A DNA stretch of 64,000 nt, taken from positions 13,653-77,652 of the forward strand of contig CAXXHA010000015.1 in the NCBI GenBank assembly GCA_963662265.2, given 5' to 3'. A program made the translations under genes and the position numbers. Origin of the DNA: Spirochaetia bacterium. GTDB lineage: Bacteria > Spirochaetota > Spirochaetia > CADAEX01. This document shows, in pieces, positions 20,467-30,081 of this stretch. A model generated the notes under the pieces. It worked only from the letters and a program-made list of their open reading frames with translations. It searched no databases and was not told the DNA's origin. Each line of letters starts with the position of its first letter. The first letter of the stretch is position 1.

Positions 20467-21651
20467 ATGGAAACAATGAGTGCAATTCTTGTTATTGCAA
20501 TCATTTACGCAATAGGTGATTTTTTTTCCTACAAAACTAAAGCAATTTTCTCAATGCTTTTTGTATCTGGTATTATTTTTCTTGTCGGATTCTGGTTTGG
20601 AATACCACTTACACTTTTTGAAGATTCAAAATTAATACCTGTTGCCATGGCTCTCATTTCAATGCTGATGGTTCACATGGGCAGTTTTATGAAGTTAAGC
20701 GATCTTAAAGATGAATGGAAAACTGTTTTAATTGCTATTTCAGCATTAATAGCTCTTGCCGCTGCTCTTTATCTGCTTGGCAGTCTTATAATAGGAAGGG
20801 AAAGAGCTTTAACTGCTGTAGGACCCATTTCAGGAGGAGTTGTAGCAACCCTTATTTTGAGTGAAGCTGTAAAAGCTCAGGGACTTGAATCTCTTGCTAT
20901 TTTTGCCACTCTTTTGCTTGTAATGCAGAATTTTATAGGCTTGCCTATCGCTTCGTTCTGCCTTAAACGTGAAGGCCGCAGGATTTTGAGCAGTTTCGGA
21001 AATAACATTAATAATGACAATACTGATAATATAAAACAAATAGAATCAAATCCTGAAAAACCAACATGGAGAATATTTCCGGCATTGCCAAAGTCACTTC
21101 AGACTCCTTTCATTCTTATGACAAAAGCCCTATTAATAGGGTGGCTTGCCATGAAAATTTCAACACTTACAGGCAGAGTTATTCACCCTTTTGTTGTTGC
21201 GCTGCTTTTCGGAATCATTTTCTATGAAATCGGCTTTATTGAGCATAAAATTCTGGATAAAGCTAATTCATCAGGGCTTACACTTTTTATCCTGCTAGTG
21301 CCTATTTTTATGAGCTTGTCAAAAGCTACTCCCAAAATGGTAGCATCAATGATACTGCCAATGATGATTGCTTTCAGCATTGCTCTGCTTGGAATGGTTA
21401 TTGTTTCCCTGCTGTTAAGTAAAACATTAAAGTATTCATGGGAGATGAGCCTGGCAATAAGTGTTTCATGTTTATTCGGATTCCCTGGTACTTATATAAT
21501 AAGCCAGGAAGTTGCTGATGCACTTTCTGATTCAGATGAAAAAAAGGAATTTATCTTAAAAAGAATTCTTCCAAAGATGCTTGTAGCCGGTTTTACTACT
21601 GTAACAATAGCCTCTGTCATTCTCGCAGGACTGATAGTTAATTTACTGTAA
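20467..21651 (+). CDS. Polytopic membrane protein, putative transporter
   Basis: About 11-12 hydrophobic segments; 12 nt upstream of an amidohydrolase gene. Confidence 0.75.
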   Translation: METMSAILVIAIIYAIGDFFSYKTKAIFSMLFVSGIIFLVGFWFGIPLTLFEDSKLIPVAMALISMLMVHMGSFMKLSDLKDEWKTVLIAISALIALAAALYLLGSLIIGRERALTAVGPISGGVVATLILSEAVKAQGLESLAIFATLLLVMQNFIGLPIASFCLKREGRRILSSFGNNINNDNTDNIKQIESNPEKPTWRIFPALPKSLQTPFILMTKALLIGWLAMKISTLTGRVIHPFVVALLFGIIFYEIGFIEHKILDKANSSGLTLFILLVPIFMSLSKATPKMVASMILPMMIAFSIALLGMVIVSLLLSKTLKYSWEMSLAISVSCLFGFPGTYIISQEVADALSDSDEKKEFILKRILPKMLVAGFTTVTIASVILAGLIVNLL

Positions 21652-21663
21652 CAGGAGATTTGT

Positions 21664-22860
21664 ATGGATTATAACAAAGTAATACAACTTGCCAATGACA
21701 TCAGCCAGGATTTGACAGTTATTCGTCAGAAAATTCACGAAAACCCCGAATTATCCTGGCAGGAAATTGAAACTTCAAAGATAATTGAAAATGAGATGAA
21801 AAATCTGGGAATGAAAAATGTCAGGAGAGGATTTAAAGGAACAGGAAGCGGTGTAATAGCTGATCTTGAAGGCTCTAAAAAAGGGCCCTGTATTGCCCTG
21901 CGCGCCGATATAGATGCCCTGCCGATCAATGAGCAGAACAACCTTCCCTATAAATCTAAAAATGAAGGAGTAATGCATGCATGCGGACATGATGCTCATA
22001 CAGCAATAATGATTGGTGTTGCCAGGATTTTATCAAAAATAAAAGATGAAATTAAGGGCAGCATACGATTCATATTCCAGCCGGCTGAAGAAGCAGGGAT
22101 GGACTCAGGCGCGCCTGTAATGATTGCAGAAGGAGCGCTTGATAACGTAGATGCTATAGCTGGTCTGCATGTATGGGCAAGTGAACCTGCAGGAAAATTC
22201 GGAGTAAAAGCCGGTCCCTGCATGGCATCTGCTGATTGCTGGGAAATAACAATTAAGGGACAGGGCGGTCATGGAGCTATGCCTCATCTTGCCATTGATC
22301 CCACAGTTGCAGCAGCACAGATAATTTCGATGCTACAGACTATTGTCAGCAGGGAAATTGATCCCCTCGAAAGCACAGTTGTCAGTGTCGGAAAAGTTGA
22401 ATCAGGCAATGCTATGAATGTTATTCCAGATAAAGCAGTTATTTCAGGAAATGTCAGAACAACAAAAAAGGAAACCCGAGACACAATGGAAGACCGTTTC
22501 AACCGTATTGTTAATGGTATTTCATCTGCCTTAAACTGCAAAACAGCAATTGATTACAACCAGATTTATCCGGTAACTGTCAATGATCCCATTCTTACAG
22601 ACATTCTGAAACAGTCAGCTTCACAGGTATTGGGAGACGACAATTTGAAAAATATAGAAATAGCCATGGGATCAGAAGATTTCAGCTATTATGGGGAAAA
22701 AATCCCGGCAGTTTTCGGTTTTCTGGGAATCGGAGATCCTGATAAAGGAACAGATAAAGCTCACCATTCACCGCTTTTCAATGCTAATGATTCAGTATTG
22801 GCAAGCGGATCTGCAATTCTTTCATTATTTGCGCTGAATTATCTAGAAAATTGCAAGTAA
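21664..22860 (+). CDS. M20D amidohydrolase (hippurate hydrolase/IAA-amino acid hydrolase family)
   Basis: HENPELS, LRADIDALP, MHACGHDAH, FQPAEE, GGHGAMPH, GSEDF, HHSP. Confidence 0.92.
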   Translation: MDYNKVIQLANDISQDLTVIRQKIHENPELSWQEIETSKIIENEMKNLGMKNVRRGFKGTGSGVIADLEGSKKGPCIALRADIDALPINEQNNLPYKSKNEGVMHACGHDAHTAIMIGVARILSKIKDEIKGSIRFIFQPAEEAGMDSGAPVMIAEGALDNVDAIAGLHVWASEPAGKFGVKAGPCMASADCWEITIKGQGGHGAMPHLAIDPTVAAAQIISMLQTIVSREIDPLESTVVSVGKVESGNAMNVIPDKAVISGNVRTTKKETRDTMEDRFNRIVNGISSALNCKTAIDYNQIYPVTVNDPILTDILKQSASQVLGDDNLKNIEIAMGSEDFSYYGEKIPAVFGFLGIGDPDKGTDKAHHSPLFNANDSVLASGSAILSLFALNYLENCK

Positions 22861-22889
22861 TTCTAAAAGCAGACGGATTATGAATTCAG

Positions 22890-22926
22890 TGTCCGGCACA
22901 GAAAAATATTCAGTGCCGGACTTTTT
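22890..22926 (+). terminator. Terminator after the amidohydrolase
   Basis: GTCCGGCAC...GTGCCGGAC followed by Ts. Confidence 0.7.
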
Positions 22927-22965
22927 AGAATTTATCCGGTTTACATTATTATCTTTATAAAGCAT

Positions 22966-23139
22966 GTGTTAAATTATCACAGCAGCATAACAAAACTCAT
23001 AGAACTTTTCCACCTTGAAAACCAGAACACTACTCCTGAAGAAACTAAAGACAACTTACTTGAAAACTTTCTGCCCTGGATCTGTAATGAGGACGATATT
23101 AATAAATTAAGTTTCCCATACTATTAAACCGATGCTTAC
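22966..23139 (+). mobile_element. Possible IS66 right-end remnant
   Basis: 53-aa ORF containing LLENFLPW (resembles the L-x-x-L-L-P-W end of IS66 TnpC), followed by GATGCTTAC (reverse complement GTAAGCATC, like IS66 termini). Confidence 0.3.
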
Positions 23140-23204
23140 GAAACAGCCCATATCTTCTCTATTTTTAATTATCTGCAGAAAAATGAGATATATCACCATG
23201 ACAA

Positions 23205-23240
23205 TAAAAAGCCCTGAATACTGATGTTTCAGGGCTTTTA
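23205..23240 (-). terminator. Terminator of ackA
   Basis: AAAAAGCCCTGAA...TTCAGGGCTTTT. Confidence 0.7.
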
Positions 23241-23341
23241 TGACTGCTTGTAAAAACAGCAGGATCTTTAAAATATATTTTACAAAATCAGAAATTTATA
23301 ATCTTCAAAACTGAATAAATTACAATTCAAAGTAATAATTT

Positions 23342-24535
23342 TTACTTTACAAGCTCCTCAGTCTCCATTGCAATCATAAGTTCTTCATTTGTTGGAATAA
23401 CCATGATTTTAACTTCAGAGTCATCTTTGGAAATAATTCTTTCATCTCCCCTGAATTTGTTTTTCTCTATATCCATCCGTGCACCGAATATTTCAAGACC
23501 GTCACATATAAGCTCTCTTGATTCATAGGAGTTCTCACCAATACCTCCTGTGAAGATAACTGCATCAAGACGTCCTTTCATCTCTGTAGCAAGACCTCCG
23601 ATGAATTTTTTACAGGCATGTGCAAAAATATTATAGGTGAGAATTGCTCTCTCATTGCCACCCCTTGCCGCTTTATTGAGATCCCTCATATCTGAGGAAA
23701 TACCTGAAATCCCTTTAAAACCTGATTCCTTGTTAAGTATCCTTGAAACATCATCTGTCGAGTACCCCATATTCTCTATCATATAGAGCAGTATTGACGG
23801 ATCAATATTACCTGTTCTTGTTCCCATAGGAAGACCGGCAAGAGGTGTAAATCCCATTGTTGTATCTACTGATATACCATGATTAACAGCAGCAAGAGAT
23901 GACCCGTTTCCGAGATGACATGTTATGCAGTTGAATTTTTCATATTTAATTCCAAGGAGTTCAGACGCTCTTCTTGCAACATATTTATGGGATGTTCCGT
24001 GGAATCCGTATTTCCTTATTTTATGTTTCTCATAAAACTCATATGGGAGAGGATATACATATGCCTTGGGAGGCATTGATGAATGAAATGCTGTATCAAA
24101 AACCGCGACATTCGGAATACCGGGAAGTATTTTCTCAATCGCTTCAATTCCATCCAGATTATGAGGATTATGCAGAGGTGCAAGAGCAATGCACTCTTTT
24201 ATAATTGATTTGATTTCAGGAGTTACAACTTCTGATGAAGTAATTTTTTCTCCACCATGAACAACTCTGTGCCCTACAGCATTTATCTCTTTTATATCAT
24301 TAAGTATTCCGACACTTTTATCTGTCAATGTATTGAATATAAGCTCTATGCCATCTGCATGAGAAGATATTTTTTTATCAATTTTTACTTCTTTATCTCC
24401 ATTCTTGCATGTCATGGAGCTGTCGTCATATCCAATCTTTTCAATAATGCCTTTACAAAGCAGTTCCTTTGCTTCCATGTTCCATAAGTTATATTTAATG
24501 GATGAACTGCCGCTGTTGAGTACCAGAATGTTCAT
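23342..24535 (-). CDS. ackA: Acetate/propionate kinase
   Basis: LNSGSSSIK, GHRVVHGG, APLHNP, FDTAFH, YGFHGTSH, HLGNG, FTGGIGENS, IPTNEE. Confidence 0.96.
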   Translation of the reverse strand: MNILVLNSGSSSIKYNLWNMEAKELLCKGIIEKIGYDDSSMTCKNGDKEVKIDKKISSHADGIELIFNTLTDKSVGILNDIKEINAVGHRVVHGGEKITSSEVVTPEIKSIIKECIALAPLHNPHNLDGIEAIEKILPGIPNVAVFDTAFHSSMPPKAYVYPLPYEFYEKHKIRKYGFHGTSHKYVARRASELLGIKYEKFNCITCHLGNGSSLAAVNHGISVDTTMGFTPLAGLPMGTRTGNIDPSILLYMIENMGYSTDDVSRILNKESGFKGISGISSDMRDLNKAARGGNERAILTYNIFAHACKKFIGGLATEMKGRLDAVIFTGGIGENSYESRELICDGLEIFGARMDIEKNKFRGDERIISKDDSEVKIMVIPTNEELMIAMETEELVK

Positions 24536-24774
24536 TTCTACCCCCAGGATTTGTGATAAAATAAGTGATAATTTATGATGTGTAAAAACAGGAAATGCGA
24601 CCGGCTCTTACGTATAAATTATATAGTAAATACATATTTTTATCAATTTAATAATTTTAAGAATAGCTGACAAATTACAAATAATTGCCAGTTATTGAAA
24701 AGATTTTATAGATAATATAAGCACAGAACATATACACATGCATCTTAAACATCCATCAGGATGTATAATGAGAT

Positions 24775-25195
24775 GAAACCACCCCGGAAACAGCTTTATC
24801 TGAAGTGATTTTTTAGTATTTATGCGATATTTGTTTCAGCCAAAAACCTCCAGTAAAGCAGGTGGTTTGAAAGCCGCGCCCCCATAAGGTTATAAAATAA
24901 GTTTTTGACATAGCAACAAGGACTTCCCGAATGGAAGTGCCCGAAAGCGATCACTAAGTGAATTACAGGGGGCTTACGGTGCGGCAAAAGCCACACAAAA
25001 AGAAATCACATTGTATGCCCGATTCAGAAACCACCACCAGAGGAAGTTGCAAAACTTGCTTTGCAACAACGACAGAGACTTTCTCGAAGAGAAAGTGCTC
25101 GAATAATGTCAAAAACAAAGTTTTTGACATAGCGAAAGGGACTTCCCGAGGGGAAGTGTCCGAAAGCGATCAATAAGTGATTTACCAGGTGGCTT
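24775..25195. repeat. Tandem pair of ~170-200 bp palindromic (REP/MITE-like) elements
   Basis: Units 24775-24975 and 25027-25195 both start GAAACCACC and end GGKGGCTT; they share GTTTTTGACATAGC...GGACTTCCCGA..GGAAGTGYCCGAAAGCGATCAMTAAGTGA; a third GACTTTCTCGAAGAGAAAGTGCTCGAA hairpin lies at ~25077. Confidence 0.8.
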
Positions 25196-25200
25196 TTGCT

Positions 25201-25767
25201 TTAGTAAAGATATTTTGACTGTATTTTTACAAGCAGGTTTTCAAGATCTGTCCTGATTTCATCAGGTATCCTCAGGACAAAGACATCATGAATCAGCTTT
25301 TCAGCCATTTCATATTCTTTCAGATTCACACATACATAAATGAGAGCATACAGTGATTTATAATCATTACGGTTTTTAGAGAGAGCTGATTCCAGAAGTT
25401 CACGCGCCTTTTTATAATCTCTCTTGAGAATTGACAGGACACCCAGATTTCTCAAGATAGACCAGTTTTCAGGCTCATAGCGCAGAGCATTTTCAAGCGA
25501 TTCCTTTGCCTGAATATAGTCATTTTTTCTGAGCCATGCGCATCCAAGTGCTTCCCATGCAGCTGCATTGTATTCATTCTTTTTCAGACAGTACTTAAGC
25601 GCTTTAATGGCTTTGTCATTTTCACCTATCTCAGTGAGAGCAATACCCATAAGACAGATTGCTTCATTATTATCAGGCTCATCTTCAAGAAACTGGTTCA
25701 GTATCTTTTTGGCATCATCAAACTGTCCGTTGGTAATTAAGCTTTCAGCAATTTCTATAATACCCAT
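25201..25767 (-). CDS. Tetratricopeptide repeat protein
   Basis: Repeated A..LG......G....A...L..AL...P.N helical pattern. Confidence 0.85.
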   Translation of the reverse strand: MGIIEIAESLITNGQFDDAKKILNQFLEDEPDNNEAICLMGIALTEIGENDKAIKALKYCLKKNEYNAAAWEALGCAWLRKNDYIQAKESLENALRYEPENWSILRNLGVLSILKRDYKKARELLESALSKNRNDYKSLYALIYVCVNLKEYEMAEKLIHDVFVLRIPDEIRTDLENLLVKIQSKYLY

Positions 25768-26082
25768 CTATTAATAAATATAATATAGTCGTTGGAAAAA
25801 GCAAATTTTTAGAATAATTATTAGGTAAGTCCTGTTCTATTATAACTCACCTTAAGGGGATGATAAAATGCACATCCAGCACACACATGCGCCAGTGTTG
25901 CAGGTACAGAGAAAAACGTCATGTTTTTCGCCTCGTTAATATCCATCCCCCCTCGTTCCTCGGGATAATAAATGGACACTCGGCATACACATGTCCCCTT
26001 GCGGGGAAAACGTCCTGTTTTTAAAAGAGCTGCCCCGGCAAAGGGCAGCAGAAAAAGGTGAAAATATTAAAAAAGATGAGGA

Positions 26083-27198
26083 TCAGGCAAGTGCCAGCAA
26101 TACTCCGGCAGCAACGGCAGAGCCGATTACCCCCGCAACATTGGGTCCCATTGCATTCATCAGGAGGAAATTCTTGGGATTCTCCTGCTGGCCGACCTTC
26201 TGTACCACTCTGGCAGCCATTGGTACAGCCGATACACCTGCTGCCCCGATCATCGGGTTGATCTTACCGCCTGACAATACCTTCATCAGCTGCCCGAGAC
26301 CTAACCCGGAAGCTGTTCCGATAGAGAAAGCTATAAGACCAAGCACAATTATCATTATGGTCTGTACTGTAAGAAAATGCTCAGCAGACATTTTTGATCC
26401 TACAGATACGCCCAATAATATTGTCACAATGTTAATAAGCTCGTTCTGAGCTGTTTTTGAAAGTCTGTCAACCACACCGCACTCCCTGAAAAGGTTACCA
26501 AGCATAAGCATACCGAGAAGTGGAGCAGATGCAGGTATTACAAGTGCAGAAACAATACATGTTGCAACAGGGAAAATAATTTTTACCCTCTTGGAAACTT
26601 CCTTTACTTCAGACATTTCAATCTGTCTGTCTTTTTTAGTAGTAAGAGCCTTGATTATAGGAGGCTGAATAAAAGGCACTAATGCCATATATGAGTAGGC
26701 AGCTACAGCAATCGGACCTAAGAGGTGGTCTGCAAGTTTAGATGTCAGATATATAGCTGTAGGACCGTCAGCTCCCCCGATAATAGCTATTGAACATGCT
26801 TCTGCAAAATCAAATCCAAGTGCCTTTGCACCAAGCAGAGTACCGAAAATACCGAACTGTGCTGCAGCACCAAGCAGGAATGTCTGCGGTTTTGCAAGTA
26901 GCGGACCGAAATCAGTCATAGCACCTATACCCATGAAGATTATCGGAGGGAAAATACCCACTTTAACACCATAGTAGAAGTAGTAGAGCAGTCCGCCGTC
27001 CTCAAGAAGACCTGTCATCGGAATATTTACAAGGATTGCTCCGAATCCGATGGGAACAAGCAGAAGCGGTTCATACTGCTTTGCAATACCAAGGTATATG
27101 AGTGTACAGCCTACTGTAATCATTACAAGGTGCTGCCATGTAAGTTCAACAAATGCTGTGCTTACAAGGAACTCGTTTATCAGATGAAAGATACCCAT
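26083..27198 (-). CDS. mmdB: Na+-translocating decarboxylase beta subunit
   Basis: [54 protein letters not shown]. Confidence 0.95.
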   Translation of the reverse strand: MGIFHLINEFLVSTAFVELTWQHLVMITVGCTLIYLGIAKQYEPLLLVPIGFGAILVNIPMTGLLEDGGLLYYFYYGVKVGIFPPIIFMGIGAMTDFGPLLAKPQTFLLGAAAQFGIFGTLLGAKALGFDFAEACSIAIIGGADGPTAIYLTSKLADHLLGPIAVAAYSYMALVPFIQPPIIKALTTKKDRQIEMSEVKEVSKRVKIIFPVATCIVSALVIPASAPLLGMLMLGNLFRECGVVDRLSKTAQNELINIVTILLGVSVGSKMSAEHFLTVQTIMIIVLGLIAFSIGTASGLGLGQLMKVLSGGKINPMIGAAGVSAVPMAARVVQKVGQQENPKNFLLMNAMGPNVAGVIGSAVAAGVLLALA

Positions 27199-27210
27199 TC
27201 AAGTTCCCCC

Positions 27211-27642
27211 TTAAGCCAGTTTAAGTATTGGCTGGTTTTCTTTTACACTGCTGCCCGGAGCAAGATAGATTTCCTGAACTGTTCCTGCAGTGTGTGCAAA
27301 AACCTCAATATCCATTTTCATTGCTTCCATTATTACAACAAGCTGATTAGCCTCAACAGCAGATCCTTTAGCAACTTTCACTTCTTTGATAGTACCTGTC
27401 ATAGGAGCAACAAGATCGCCTGCGCCTGCTGATGGAGCTGCCGCAGGGGAAGCAGCCGGAGCTGCTGCAGGGGCTGCGGCTGCTGCTGCCGGCTTAGGCC
27501 TCAGCGCTTTTCTTTCCCCTTCAAGGAGAGTTACAGTATAGTTTTTACCGTCTCTTGTAATTACAAGATCATCTCCCTGTCTTTCAACTTCTACATTATA
27601 TTTAGTTCCCTGGAACTCAAAATTTATCTTCTTTTTCATCAT
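27211..27642 (-). CDS. mmdC: Biotin carboxyl carrier subunit
   Basis: Ala/Pro linker and EAMKM biotinylation motif. Confidence 0.92.
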   Translation of the reverse strand: MMKKKINFEFQGTKYNVEVERQGDDLVITRDGKNYTVTLLEGERKALRPKPAAAAAAPAAAPAASPAAAPSAGAGDLVAPMTGTIKEVKVAKGSAVEANQLVVIMEAMKMDIEVFAHTAGTVQEIYLAPGSSVKENQPILKLA

Positions 27643-27977
27643 TATACTCCTGAGAATGTTTTCTGAACCCGTGGAGTAACAACCCAGGGATCTGATTTTT
27701 CATTTGCTGAATACTGCCATGCAAGAGCTGACCGGGGAGAATCCTCCTCTTCAAGATAAGCAGCTACTGCTGCTGTAATCCAGTCGGTATCATCAGCTTT
27801 TTCTGATTTATTATCAGAAGAGGATTCAACAACAGTTGTAGCCGGCTGTGCAGGTTTATCATCAAATAATCTCTTGATAAGAACCATAAATAAGCACAGA
27901 AATCCCAGAAAACAAAAAACTATTGTAATACCCAGAATTGCCGACAGCACAGTATAACTATAAGCTTCTATATTCAT
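27642..27977 (-). CDS. mmdD: OadG/delta anchor subunit of the Na+ decarboxylase
   Basis: N-terminal TM LGITIVFCFLGFL, later ITAAVAAY; position between carboxyltransferase and carrier. Confidence 0.85.
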   Translation of the reverse strand: MNIEAYSYTVLSAILGITIVFCFLGFLCLFMVLIKRLFDDKPAQPATTVVESSSDNKSEKADDTDWITAAVAAYLEEEDSPRSALAWQYSANEKSDPWVVTPRVQKTFSGV

Positions 27978-27994
27978 TATCCATCTCCGCTTTT

Positions 27995-29545
27995 TTAAAG
28001 AGGTACATTTCCATGCTTTTTAGCAGGTCTGTCTTCTCTCTTTCTCTGGTGCATTTCAAGTGATCTTATAAGTTCAATTCTTGTGTATTTAGGATCAATT
28101 ACATCATCTACATAACCGTAACCTGCAGCAATGAAAGGATTCATTACCTCCTGTCTGAACTCATCAATCTTCTCCTGTCTCTTGGCAGCAGGATCATCAG
28201 CTTCATTGATATCTCTTCTGAAGATAACATTAGCAGCACCTTCAGCACCCATAACAGCGATTTCTGATGTAGGATAAGCAAGTGTTCTGTCATATCCGAG
28301 CTGCTTTGCAGACATTGCAATAAATGCTCCGCCGTAAGATTTTCTGATAATAAGTGAAATCTTGGGAACTGTAGCTTCAGCCATTGCATAAAGGATTTTA
28401 GCACCGTGTCTGATAATACCGCCATGCTCCTGGGAAACCCCTGGAAGGAATCCGGGTACATCGACGAGAGAAATGAGAGGAATATTGAAAGCATCACAGA
28501 ACCTGATAAATCTTGCACCCTTGTCAGATGAGTTTATATCAAGAGCTGCTGCAAAAACCTTGGGCTGGTTCGCGAAAATACCGACTGTTCTGCCGTTAAG
28601 TCTTGCAAATCCAACTACAATATTCTTGGCATAATCCTCATGTACTTCGAAGAAACTTGCTTCATCAAAAACTTCATTTATAAAATCCTTGATATCATAA
28701 GCCTTGTTTGATTCTTCAGGAAGAAGATCATAAAGGCCTTCAGTTTCCCTGTCTACAGGATCGTTAGTAGGAACAACAGGAGGCATTTCCATATTATTTG
28801 AAGGAAGATAGCTTAAGAGTTTTCTAACACCCTCAATACATGCTTCTTCATCAGGATATCTGAAATGAGCAACACCGCTTTTTGCGCAGTGAGCAGCAGC
28901 ACCGCCGAGTTCAGCATGACTGATCTCTTCCCCTGTTACAGCCTTGATTACATCAGGACCTGTAATATACATGTTACTGATACCATCAACCATGAAGATA
29001 AAGTCAGTAATAGCAGGTGAGTAAACAGCACCGCCGGCGCAGGGACCCAGGATTACAGAAATCTGGGGTATAACGCCTGAAGAAATTGTATTGTTTCTGA
29101 AGATTTTACCGTATCCGCCGAGTGAAAGAATACCTTCCTGTATTCTTGCTCCGCCAGAGTCATTTACCTGAATAAAAGGTGTACCGTTCTGAAGTGCAAG
29201 AGCCTGAGCTGCTGCAATTCTTTCAGCGTGCATTTCACCAAGAGAACCGCCGAGTACTGTAAAATCCTGTGAAGAGAAAAAAACCTGTTTTTCGCCGATT
29301 TTTCCACTTCCTGTTACAACGCCGTCTCCGGCAAATTTTTTCTTATCAAGACCAAAATTACCTGCACGTCCGGTAATGTATGTTCCGTCTTCAACAAAAG
29401 AACCTTCTTCTACAAGCAGATTTATTCTTTCCCTTGCAGACATTTTTCCTTTTTCATGCTGAGCAGCAATTCTTGCTTCTCCTCCGCCAGCCATGGCTTT
29501 TGCCTGCATATCTTTAAATCGCTGCATTGCTTCCTTATTACCCAC
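27995..29545 (-). CDS. mmdA: Acyl-CoA carboxyltransferase (methylmalonyl-CoA decarboxylase alpha-like)
   Basis: QHEKGKMSARERI, DFTVLGGSLG, DSGGARIQEG, GPCAGGAVYSPA, DVPGFLPG, KKHGNVPL; GTG start after GGAGG. Confidence 0.9.
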   Translation of the reverse strand: MGNKEAMQRFKDMQAKAMAGGGEARIAAQHEKGKMSARERINLLVEEGSFVEDGTYITGRAGNFGLDKKKFAGDGVVTGSGKIGEKQVFFSSQDFTVLGGSLGEMHAERIAAAQALALQNGTPFIQVNDSGGARIQEGILSLGGYGKIFRNNTISSGVIPQISVILGPCAGGAVYSPAITDFIFMVDGISNMYITGPDVIKAVTGEEISHAELGGAAAHCAKSGVAHFRYPDEEACIEGVRKLLSYLPSNNMEMPPVVPTNDPVDRETEGLYDLLPEESNKAYDIKDFINEVFDEASFFEVHEDYAKNIVVGFARLNGRTVGIFANQPKVFAAALDINSSDKGARFIRFCDAFNIPLISLVDVPGFLPGVSQEHGGIIRHGAKILYAMAEATVPKISLIIRKSYGGAFIAMSAKQLGYDRTLAYPTSEIAVMGAEGAANVIFRRDINEADDPAAKRQEKIDEFRQEVMNPFIAAGYGYVDDVIDPKYTRIELIRSLEMHQRKREDRPAKKHGNVPL

Positions 29546-30081
29546 TTCAACCTCCTGTTAGGTACTACAACACAAAACATTGTTTTATTCATGTCAGAAA
29601 AAAAATATTCAAATTATTACAACACAAATATATAGATTTATCCAGATCATTTAAATCACAAAAACCATTATTTCAAATAATTTTTTTTATATTTTGGATA
29701 ACCTGAGGTTAGGATTTGAATTATCTTAATATCTGACAATATAATCAATGATCTTTTGTCAGATATTCAGGCATTTTGATGAGAAATATTTATTTTTCCC
29801 TGTTTTTTTGACATCATCGATTTTTTTTCATTGAAAAACCCGATTATATCCGGGAGTCATTAAAATTGAGGTTGAAAAGTTGTCACCATTTTATTTATTC
29901 ATAAAATCGAGACATAAAAAATAATCAATAATAAAACAGAGGAGACAAGACAAGTCTTTTTTACATACAGAATTTGTTTCTCATTAAAATATTCATTACA
30001 AAAGTCAAACAATATGATAAACAGGAATTATTAACTTTTTTTTCTGCAAACCGGATTTTATATAACTTTAAGAATAATAAA

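Noticed and set aside
24775-25195. Repeats considered as a CRISPR array or group II intron start (GTGCGG at ~24979)
   Set aside because: Only 2-3 degenerate long units, no constant repeat-spacer period, no cas genes, no domain V or RT ORF.
25991-26449. 152-aa plus-strand ORF
   Set aside because: Mostly antisense to mmdB.
27420-27495. GC-rich low-complexity repeat
   Set aside because: Encodes the normal Ala/Pro linker of the biotin carrier.
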